From NCBI RefSeq assembly GCF_006345805.1, contig NW_021834452.1, positions 1 to 48,377 on the forward strand: DNA of 48,377 nt, in the 5' to 3' direction. Each line of letters begins with the position of its first letter. Within the stretch, counting starts at the first letter, position 1. The notes beneath the pieces were generated by a model. It worked only from the letters and a program-made list of their open reading frames with translations, was not told the DNA's origin and searched no databases. Of this stretch, positions 37,974 through 48,377 are shown in pieces. Origin of the DNA: Octopus sinensis. Its lineage: Eukaryota. Made by a program: the position numbers and the translations under genes.

Positions 37974-38350
37974 CTAGCAGTATCGCCCGGCGTTGCTCAG
38001 GTTTGTAAGGGAAATAACTATAAAGCATTTTTAGAGAGTTATAGCCAAAAAATGGAAAAAAAATGATGGTAAATTTTTTTTTTGAGAGTAATAAAAGGTT
38101 GAGTTGCGTCCCCTAGACAGTCTGTGGTTTGTTTTTTTTTATTCTCGACCCCATGTCGAATTTATCGATTTTTTTCAGAACTGGGGGAACTTTTCAAAAT
38201 TTTCGCTGCGTTAGTTTTGAATTATGACATTGGGCTATGTGTGTGTCAAGTTTCATCAGAATCGGTTGAAAGCCGTGGTCAGGGTGAGGGTACGAGAAAA
38301 CAGACACACAGAAACACGCACAGACAAACTGCCGTTTATATATAGAGAGA
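37974..38350 (-). mobile_element. Non-autonomous Helitron-like element
   Basis: Minus strand starts A|TCtctctatatataaa and ends ctgagcaacgccgggcgatactgCTAG|T, termini shared with 34974-36652. Confidence 0.8.
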
Positions 38351-38844
38351 TTAATTACACGGTATAAAATGTTAGATAATAACGAAATAAGCTAGAAAAA
38401 TAATCAAGTATTAAAACTACGAACTATAACGTGCAAGCAAAATACTTAAAGATAAAAGAACAAAAAGTAGGTGTACGAGCTGTTAGCTTCCATGACAAGA
38501 GATGAACGTTGTGAATGCAAATGTAGCATCAAGCCCAATGCTTTATGATCAGACTTCGTTCAAATAAACACAGGAAGATCAACGCTGGGAAAACTTTGAG
38601 CATCGGTCTACTCGGTGAAAACACATTTCCGGATAATTAAACAAATGTATGTCTCTTTGTCTGTCACTCTCTCTTGCCTCGGCTCTCCCTCTTTTTTCTT
38701 CTCTCTGTCCAGGTAACTTACTCTCCTTTTTCATTCCCTTTCACTATTCTGCAGTCGTTCTGTACGGTTCCATTCTCAGTCAATTCTCTTTCGCTGCTTA
38801 CGCGATGTTGTTGCTTGTGTGTGTGTGTATGTGTGTGTGTGTGT

Positions 38845-38898
<54 letters not shown>

Positions 38899-39065
38899 TG
38901 TATCAGTGTATATGTGAGTGTGTGTGTATAAGTGTATATGTGAGTGTGTATGCATGTCTGTTACATGCAGAATAGGCGCACACACAAAAAGGTAAACACA
39001 CTCAGGGAAGCGCGCACGCAAACATATATACACACTCACGAAAACGCGCGCACACACACACATAT

Positions 39066-39280
39066 ACTCTTTTACTCTTTTACTCTTTTACTTGTTTCAG
39101 TCATTTGACTGCGGCCATGCTGGAGCACCGCCTTTAGTCGAGCAAATCGACCCCGGGACTTATTCTTTGTAAGCCCAGTACTTATTCTATCGGTCTCTTT
39201 TGCCGAACCGCTAAGTTACGGGGACGTAAACACACCGGCATCGGTTGTCAAGCAATGCTAGAGGGACAAACACAGACACA

Positions 39281-39346
<66 letters not shown>

Positions 39347-39509
39347 CACGACTTCTTTCAGTTTCCGTCTACCAAATCCACTCACAAGGCATTGGTCGGC
39401 CCGGGGCCATAGCAGAAGACACTTGCCCCAGATGCCACGCAGTGGGACTGAACCCGGAACCATGTGGTTGGTAAGCAAGCTACTTACCACACAGCCACTC
39501 CTGCGCCTA
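39066..39509 (-). mobile_element. SINE family A, best-preserved full-length copy
   Basis: All modules intact, (AAAGAGT)n tail. Confidence 0.92.
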
Positions 39510-39767
39510 CGGCACACAACAGGTACGCTATATCGATTCTGTACTGTCTTTCTTCGTCAGGCTCGTTTTCCTAAATTTTTAACCCTACCCTCACACCTAT
39601 ACACAAACACACGCGTAAGCACATAGCTCCACATATTTAGGCTTTCTCTGTAACCTAATCTTCGTTAACACTTTCTTGCCCTCTCATCCTCTTATTCTTA
39701 CCACGCTACTAACTACCTCCTACTCTCTCTTTATCTGTCTTTCACTTTCTTTCACTCTCTCTCTCCC

Positions 39768-39975
39768 TTTCTTTATTCTTTTACTTATTTCAGTGAAATG
39801 CTGGAGGATCGCCTTAAAGCGTTTTAGTCGAAGAAATCGGGGTCAGGGCTTATTCTTTGTAAGCCTAGTACTTATTCTATTGGGCTCTTTTGCCGAACCG
39901 CTAATTACGGTGACATAAACACACTAGCTTCGGTTAACAAGCCATGGCTGGGCGGGGTCAAACACAGACACTCAC
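39768..39975 (-). mobile_element. SINE family A 3' half
   Basis: ttattctttgtaagcctagtacttattctat...ttttgccgaaccgctaa. Confidence 0.75.
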
Positions 39976-39989
39976 AAATACATGCATAC

Positions 39990-40162
39990 ATGTGCATTAT
40001 TTACATTATTTACATTGGACGGATATTTGTCCTCATCTTGTTCGTTGTTAACACAAAATTTCGGCTAACATACCCTCCAGCCTTCTTTAGGTGTCTTGAG
40101 GAAATTTGGAACCTGGGTTCTCATTTCTAAGGTATTCTTCGATGTTATTATTATTATTAATG

Positions 40163-40211
<49 letters not shown>

Positions 40212-40469
40212 TATTATTACTATTATTATTATTGTTCAGGTCACCTCTTGGAATCGAACTCGGAATCTTGGGGTTAGTAGACCCGCCTCATACTACTACT
40301 AATACTACTACTAACGTCGAAAACTGCCTTAGGAATGAGAACCCAGGTTCAAAATTTCTCCAAAACACCTGACGAAGGCTGGAGGGTACATCAGCCGAAA
40401 CGTTGAGTTAACAGCAAACAAGATGAGGACAAATATCCGTCCAATGTAAATGATATAAATAATGCACAT
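39990..40469. mobile_element. Foldback element, ~158-bp arms 39990-40147 and 40312-40469
   Basis: ttggacggatatttgtcctcatcttg ... caagatgaggacaaatatccgtccaa; spacer with (TTA)n and a tRNA-like fragment. Confidence 0.85.
40365..40408 (+). ncRNA. Minimal type I hammerhead ribozyme motif, intact core
   Basis: acac-CTGACGA-a-ggctg(gagggtacat)cagcc-GAAA-cg-TT-gagt; left arm supplies gtgt for a perfect stem I. Confidence 0.75.
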
Positions 40470-40689
40470 AATTCCTCATCTCTTAAATATAGAACTATAT
40501 ACATACATATCTATCTATTTTGGACGTCTCCTACCTCTCTCTTCTATTTTTTGTCTTTTCAAAGAAAGTATTTCTCTCAGCGTTCATTATTTCCCCCTCG
40601 TTCAGCTCTAACGATTCTCCATGTTTGTTTTCGTTCGATTTCCCTGTATGTCTCCACTGTCCTGTTTTTGTTCCTAACTTTCACCGTCC

Positions 40690-40910
40690 ATTAATCCCAA
40701 ATATAATTTTGGTTTTTAAGTGAGTAGCTATCTTCGAAGACTCATATTGTCGTTGACTGAGCGAAATGAGGAGTAGATAGACAGCCGACAACTGATGAAG
40801 GGTCATTCTTTGTATTACTTGTCCTTTTGTCTTCTCTCTTTATTTGTGTATTTAACTCATTTGTTTTCGTTTGTCATATTGTTTACTGTTTGTGACGTTC
40901 TGTATACAAA
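40690..40910 (+). mobile_element. pLTR-like fragment related to the 19800-19960 spacer, with permuted hammerhead-like motif
   Basis: aatcccaaat...tcGAAg...tattgtcg...cgacaaCTGATGAagggtc.ttcttt parallels 19801-19925. Confidence 0.55.
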
Positions 40911-40934
40911 TATATATATATATATATATATAAT

Positions 40935-41205
40935 TAAATGAAAGAATGGAGTTGAACGACGATTTAACAAAATTCCTTTATTCTCGACATATGTTTCGAA
41001 GACTGCATATTCCTAATTCCGAAGGAATAAAGGGTGCATTATGCCGCCTTCTCATCAGGAGTTAAATTATAAGTTAAATTCCTGATGAGAAGGTGGCATA
41101 ATGCACCCTTTATTCCTTCGGAATTAGGAATATGCAATCATCGAAACATATGTCGACAATAAAGGAATTTTGTTAAATCGTCGTTCAACTCCATTCTTTC
41201 ATTTA
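40935..41205. mobile_element. Near-perfect 270-bp palindrome of two divergent hammerhead-containing arms
   Basis: ~130-bp arms around a ~7-nt loop; + strand CTGATGA 41082-41088, GAAA 41143-41146, catatg, GUC site at 41154; mirror motif on minus strand 41058-40984. Confidence 0.9.
41079..41157 (+). ncRNA. Type I hammerhead ribozyme motif with long stem II, intact core
   Basis: ttc-CTGATGA-gaaggt.gcata...tatgc.atcatc-GAAA-catatg-TC-gac; palindromic ACATATGT stem III. Confidence 0.8.
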
Positions 41206-41512
41206 TTTATAGTAAAAAAAAACACACAAATATCCACACGAAGGCACGTGATTTCTGCCCTTGGCATGTAGCTTCAACCGTGTTTTCTGACGTGAATTTG
41301 CAACCGGGTATCGGTTAACCGATTATCCATACTAGGATAATTCATTCAACTACTTATATATATATATAATATATATATATATATAATATATATATATATA
41401 TAAATATTTTAATCTTCGGATTCTTTCTTTAATATGCTAGACCACTGGTTCTAATTGATAAATATCAATTTTTACCCTAAATTTAATTTTATATAAATAT
41501 ATATATATATAT

Positions 41513-41675
41513 GACGGGGTTCTTTATGTTTCCGTCTATCAAATCCACTCTCAAGGCTATATTCATCTCGAGGTTATAATAGAAGACACTTTCTCAGGGT
41601 GCCACACAGTAGGATTGAACCCGGAACCACAGTGTCGAGAGGCAGGCTTCTTACCACACAGTCACGCCTGCGCCT
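41513..41675 (-). mobile_element. SINE family A 5' half
   Basis: tttccgtctatcaaatccactc...gaacccggaacc...cttcttaccacacagtcacgcctgcgcc. Confidence 0.8.
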
Positions 41676-42106
41676 GTTTCGACTTCTTTCTCCAAGAAAT
41701 GCTTCAAACTTCCCCTAACCACTCTTACGTTCCTCTTTATTACCATTTTACACACAACACCTAACCTTATTCATATATCTAGCCCTTCACTATGTTTCCC
41801 TTCCTAGCGCACCTATTTCTCTATCTTCATTCAGTCTCCATCGTTCTCACTTTCTATACGTTTTGTCAGTTCTCTCACCCTCTATACTCCTCTCTCTCTC
41901 TCTCTCTCTCACACACAACAAACAGACACACTATCTCTTCCTCTCTTCCTCGACATCTCTGTTCTCATTTAAGTCATTACACCTCTCTCCTTTTTAACGT
42001 CTTTCTTTTTTTATTATTCCGTTAGTTCTTTGCATCACTGTTCCTTTCTATATTCTCAGTCTTTTTCTATCGATATACAACTCTCTCTCTCTCTCTCTCT
42101 CTCTCT

Positions 42107-42169
<63 letters not shown>

Positions 42170-42206
42170 GTATGCGCGTATATATTATATATATATGTAT
42201 ATATGC

Positions 42207-42253
<47 letters not shown>

Positions 42254-42819
42254 ATTATGTGTGTGTGTGTGTGTGTGTGTGTGTTTATTTATATTTGTGT
42301 GTGTATGTGCTTATATGCAAATGCATATATGTTGTTCTTTATACACATACATAAATACAAATACATACACACACACACACACACACACATACACGCATAT
42401 GTAATTGTTTCTCTTAACGATTAAATCTCTCCATATATCTTTCCTTGAACAGCAATATTATTTACCTTTCATAGAATATTTTCTCCACTCTATATTTTCG
42501 TCTCTCATTCTCTCTCGCACACGCCTTCCACTACACCACCACCAACCTTATTCTCACTCATTATTCACCGTTACTCAAACGCCCACCTCCTTCTTCGTCA
42601 CTACTCACTTTTTACACTGCTTCTGCCCCCTCTTTCTTTCTTTCTTTCTTTCTTTCTCACGATTGCTATCCCTCGTGCCCACCCCCCACCCGATTTTCTT
42701 TCTTTCGTTGATGCGGCCATGTTTCCCTTCTGCTTTTTCTCAAACATCCACAATTTTACCTCTCATCCATCTTGTTTCGTGATGTCTCGCCGCCACAATT
42801 CTCTCTGCCTTTCCATCGC

Positions 42820-43480
42820 GCCACCAAAAACCACCAACACCACCACCACCACCACCACCACCACCACCACCACCACCACACTTCCACCACCACCACCACA
42901 CTTCCACCACCACCAATCACCACCAACAAGAATTACCACAACCTCATCCACCGCTGCCGCCACCACCACCACCATCACCACCACCACCCATCACCACCAA
43001 CAAGAGCACCACAACCTCATCTACCGCCGCCGCCGCCGCCACCACCACCATAACCACGCCACCATTACCACCACCACCACCACCTCCACCACGACAACAT
43101 CACCAATCACCATCAACAAGAGCACCACGACCTCATCTACCACCGCCGCCGCCACCACCACCATAACCACGCCACCATCACCACCACCACCAGCATCACC
43201 ACCACCTCCACCACAAACATCACCAATCAACATCAACAAGAATATCACAACCGCATACACCGCCGCCGCCGCCGTCACCAGCTCCACCACAACCTTTTCC
43301 ACCGTCACCACCACTGCCAGAACCGCTTCCCCAGCTGCTACCGCCACCATCACCACAACCTCTGCCACCGCTTCCACCGCTGCCAGAACCGCTTACCCAG
43401 CTGCTACCGCCACCACAACCACCACGACAACCAACGCCGCCATCGCCGCCGCCGCTATCACCGTCACCTCCTCCTCCAAG
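42820..43480. repeat. (ACC/GCC)n-derived low-complexity tract with higher-order internal repeats
   Basis: Trinucleotide runs; caacaaga...cacaacctcat recurs three times; 66-bp duplication starting 43315 and 43381. Confidence 0.85.
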
Positions 43481-43688
43481 AAGCAGGCCATTTCCGTTTT
43501 TGCTTCCTTCACCCTTGTCTCTCTCGCTAATTGATATAAATCACGGAAAATTATTCTTCCTGCTTTCTTAACACTCATCTTCACAAACAAACACACACAA
43601 ACACACGCATCCAGACACGGTAAAAAATAATACACACATATATATATATAATATACACACACACATATGTGTATCTCTGTGTCTGTGT

Positions 43689-43731
<43 letters not shown>

Positions 43732-44112
43732 TATGCATATACACATTCATTCATACATACGCATTCAGATATCTTCCAGAAGAGTCTCAAGTTCTTCGTC
43801 TAGTTTAACCAAACCATTAACTCCGTTTGCATCTCTATTGAATTAGTGCAAGTCGTTTTCTTGAAACCTAACCGCCTCCATTCACGCAGTCCACAGCATC
43901 TTATCACCTCCCATATATACGCCGCTCACCCACTCCGCCGCAACATACCCGACACGACTCGCAAGCAACATCATCACATACTGAGATCTTAATTAAATCT
44001 AAAATGTTACCATAATTTCATTCTTCTCGACCTAACTGGTTTTTCCGAACGATCTGACTACGTGGCAGTAATTATGATTTTGGTCAGCTTTTTCCGAACG
44101 AATAGTAAATGG

Positions 44113-44168
<56 letters not shown>

Positions 44169-44229
44169 GCATGTGATGCTCACGTGCATGTATATAAATG
44201 TGTATATTTGGGTTGTATGCCTGTATGTA

Positions 44230-44274
<45 letters not shown>

Positions 44275-44743
44275 TTGTTTGCAGGCACGTAGTTATCTCA
44301 CTATGTATCTATCTCTCTGTATATGTTTATATGTCTATTCTCTGTCTCTGTCTCTCTCTCTCCATATTTTTCTCTCTCACCTTCTCTCCCCTTCTCTCTC
44401 TCTCTCTCATATATATGTATAATGTATATATATATATTTTCGTAACCTTCCCGATATATATATATCTATATATATTATCTTTACTGCGTCTATCTATCGA
44501 TAGATCGGCGAAGCGACTATCAATTCGCCAGACTGTCTGTATGCATACCTATTTCTCTCTCTCACTCTCTTTTATACACCCACCAGCGCGCCGCCGAACA
44601 CATATTCACACATACATACACACTTATATATGTATAGAGAGAGAGATAAGAGAGATTGATAGATATGTATGTGTGTAAGTATGCATGTATATATGAGTGT
44701 TTATGTATGTATGCATGTATGTATGTATGTTTCTTTCTCTCTG

Positions 44744-44777
<34 letters not shown>

Positions 44778-45479
44778 TAAGAGAGTGGTCATTATATGGC
44801 TCACTCTAGAACCAGGTTAATCCCAAAGGTTTTCAACCACAAAAGTATCTAATTCTCTCACCCTTATTAATTAATTATATATATATATATATATAATTAT
44901 ATATATATATAATATATATATAATATTGTTATATAGTGTTTATATTGGAAATTTCATTTGAGCATAACACATATACACACCCACAGATGCCTTGGTTTGC
45001 ATTACCTTGTCTTGAGCTCTCAAGATTATATACCTTAACATGCTGTTTTGTTAAACATGGCAAAGTCATTCCTCCATGGATTTTGACTCAGTCTATTTCT
45101 TTCCGAAGGATTGAGACAGAGAGGCAGAATATCAGAAAGAAAAAGACGCCGAGTACAGGTTTGACTCTCCATTCACTGATTCCGACTGGATGAAAGACAA
45201 TATTGATAGAAAGAATAGCGCGAGGCATTTTATTCGCTGCTCTAAAATATCAGCCATTTTTGTATTGCTCTACGTAATGAAACTCACAGATTCTAAGCTA
45301 AGATATTGGAATCAATGAACCATCGGTGATGTATAGATGATTTGGATGATAATAATTATGTGGTCTTACGTAACCAGGTTTAATGGCTGCAGAAATTAAT
45401 GCTAATCATTTTCGACGATGAAATTCAATGAATGCAATCCGTTGAATGAGGGCTACTCTCATTGCGATATTTTACCTAT

Positions 45480-45625
45480 TTTTTTTTTTTTTAAACCCTG
45501 AGTTCAAAACCTGATGAGGTCAACTTTACCGTTCATCCTTCGATATGGATAAAATGTCAATGTAATTGGCCTGCTTCTTCCTCTTAAACTTGTTGATATC
45601 GTACCAAAATTAGAATGGATTATTT
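45480..45625 (+). mobile_element. SINE family B, highly degenerate
   Basis: ctgagttcaaaa..tgatgaggtcaacttt..ttcatccttc landmarks. Confidence 0.55.
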
Positions 45626-45644
45626 AAAAATCTCTACCACGATA

Positions 45645-46255
45645 CTAGGAAGATGTCCAAATGCTGTTAGATCATGTGAGCTCAATAAACCCAACCATAC
45701 AGTTCACAATGGAAAAAGAATAAAGACAATCAGCTGGCATTCCTGGACGTATTAATAACACGCATCAAGTATTGATTCAGGACATCCGTTTACCGCAAGC
45801 CGACCTTCACTGACAGATACCTCAACTTCAACTCCCACCATCCATACAGTGTAAAGAGAGGGATTGCTTAGTGCCTAAAAACTTATGGCAATGAAAATAA
45901 TTAGCGATCGTGATAACCACCACTGAGAAATGATCAAGCTAAGTAACAATCTATTAAGCACAACTACCCCAGAAACGTACTATCTACTCCAATTATGAAG
46001 AAAAGAGAGGATGAAACCGATAAACTGTCCACATTATGTCTACCCTATGTAAAAGGCCTCTCCGCAAAGATACAGAAGATATGCGGCCCATATGACATCA
46101 AGACAGTTTTCAAAAATAATACAACACTTCGGAAATATCTCCTTCGAGTAAAGCCACCAATAGAAGAAAATATGACCAAGAACTGCGTGTACTCCATGCC
46201 ATGCAACTGTGGTAAGTTTTACAAAGGCAAAACATGCTGCCCCCTCAAAATAGGG
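45645..46255 (+). mobile_element. Penelope-like element remnant: RT C-terminus + GIY-YIG endonuclease
   Basis: MLLDHVSSINPTIQFTMEKE / KDNQLAFLDVLIT / SVYRKPTFTDRYLNFNSHHPYSVKRGI, then LCLPYVKGLSAKIQKIC..YDIKTVFK and CVYSMPCNCGKFYKGKT (GIY-YIG-like); stops and frameshifts. Confidence 0.9.
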
Positions 46256-46596
46256 GTATACGCACACTAGTCTTACAAATCACGAAGCACAGCTTATAGC
46301 GACGTAAATTTGCTATCGAAAGTTGTAGATAGGAAATAATGTCGAATGAAGTCGTTAGTCTAGCTCATGGCATGATGAAAGCCCTAGTTCTGGCGCACAC
46401 GAGAAAATCAGACCCTGGACATTCGGTAAATTGATTAGTGTGAGACAGGGGCTACAGCCGTAAATACCGTGATATGTGGTCCACCGAAACGTCTTAAGTA
46501 GAGAGAGAGCGAGAGAGAAAGTGCGACTCCAAAAAAACCCCATTTGGACGGATACGAAATTCTCCAACATATCCGAGAAAGGACGACAGACGTAAA

Positions 46597-46915
46597 ATGG
46601 TGACGATGATGATGACAACGATGATAAAGATGGTGACGATGATGATGACAACGGTGATAAAGATGATGACGATGATGATAATGATAACGATGATGACGAT
46701 TATGACAACGACGAAGATTACAATAAGGATAAGTATGACGATGCTGTTATTGATGAAGATGATGTTGAAGATGATGTTGATGAGGATCGTGATGATGATG
46801 ATAATAGAAACGAGGAGGAATATGATGATGAGGATGTTGATGATGATGACGATGATGATGATGATGAGGATGAGGGTGATGATGATGATGATAATGATGA
46901 TGATGATGCTGATCC
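46597..46915. repeat. Degenerate (GAT)n tract
   Basis: Directly visible; explains the Met-, Ile- and His-rich ORFs. Confidence 0.9.
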
Positions 46916-47109
46916 GAACGGTGACGACTGTGATTTTGGTGATGATCAATTCGCTTACACATATCCATATGAAAGACAGCGCAACAATTTTCCTAATATT
47001 CATTTAAATGGTTGTTGTAACAGTCTGTAAAACAAGAAAAGAAAACGAACAAAAAAAAACAAACAAACAATGTATGGCTGAAATATGGCGAAAATCATAT
47101 CGCATTATC

Positions 47110-47149
<40 letters not shown>

Positions 47150-47174
47150 TATATATATATATATATATATATAG

Positions 47175-47450
47175 GCGCAGGCCGACAAAAACCTTGTGAG
47201 TGGATTTGGTAGACAGATACTGAAAGAAGCCCGTTGTATGTGTGTGTGTCTGTGTTTGTCGCCCCACTATCGTTTGACAACCGATGTTGGTGCATTTACG
47301 CTTCCGTAACTTCGCGGTTCGGCAAAAGAGATCCGATAGAATATGTACTAGGCTTACAAAGAATAAATCCTGGGGTCGATTTGTCCTACTAAAGGCAATG
47401 CTCCATCATGGCTGCAGTCAAATGACCGCAGCATATAAAAGAATAAAAGA
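47175..47450 (+). mobile_element. SINE family A, 5'-truncated
   Basis: ccttgtgagtggatttggtagac...ggcaaaagagatccgatagaat...catggctgcagtcaaatgac. Confidence 0.85.
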
Positions 47451-47622
47451 ATTTTCACTTATATACCACATATTACTAAGCCAGAGTAATTTAATATCAT
47501 AGAAGGTTGTTTGTATCCATTTGATAATGATATTTTCGCACAAATATGATTTCATATCAGTATGATAATTTTTTTATATCCACTGCCATGCTCTCTCTCT
47601 CCCTCTCGCTCTCGTCCTCTCC

Positions 47623-47657
<35 letters not shown>

Positions 47658-48377
47658 TATGTATCTATCTATCTGGCTAGCTATCCGCCTTGTTATTTAT
47701 GGCATCATTGTTACCTCGATCTGTGGATATCTCATATAAGTATGTGTGTGAGTGTGTGTATGTGTGTGTGTGTATGTGTGCGTGTATATATACACACGTA
47801 TGTTCATATATATATATACATATATATGTATATATGTCTGTCTGTTCGTGCTTGTGTGTGTAGCTAGATGGGAGAGTCATACAGAGAGACAAAGAGGGAG
47901 TGAGATAGCACGAGACGGCCTGAGACAGCGAGCGAGTGAGCAATAAATATATGTACGTGCATATTTAGAAAAACGTACAGAAACTCACTACACACACACA
48001 GACACACACACACATACAAACAAACCACGAACACACCACGAACACACATGCACTCACACAAGCACCCACGTATACATAATACCTATATAAAAGACAGATA
48101 TGCATACTTATAATATATATACATATGTGTGTGTGTTGTTTTGTATTTAAATACATATTAATATATATATATAATATATATATATATATATTATGTATAT
48201 ATATACATATATTAATATATATATATATATATATATATATAATACACACATAAACACCTACATATATAAACATATATGTGCGTATATAGTGTGTGTATGC
48301 ATATATATTTATACATATGTATATATGCATATATATTATAAATATATATAGTGTATATATATATGTATAAATATGTA

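Overview
AT-rich, repeat-saturated eukaryotic intergenic or intronic DNA. The SINE families and microsatellite load resemble an octopus (cephalopod) genome; this is from recall, not database-checked. No host protein-coding gene is confidently supported, and almost all listed ORFs are microsatellite translations or transposon debris. Contents: a decayed Ty3/Gypsy pol (0.03-1.7 kb); about 28 copies or fragments of several tRNA-derived SINE families with shuffled head/tail modules; a triplicated ~557-bp element in (AAT)n; a full-length dead D,D34D mariner nested in a non-autonomous Helitron; a mariner MITE; a CR1 3' end; and a Penelope RT/GIY-YIG remnant. The standout is a dense set of short foldback or pLTR-like elements carrying hammerhead ribozyme (HHR) motifs, about 14 motifs from several unrelated sequence families. 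Most are minimal type I folds with palindromic stem III. They include canonical C3-G8 cores, a U3-A8 covariant, a G3-C8 covariant and three weaker circularly permuted (type II-like) candidates. All folds were derived by eye and none has been tested.
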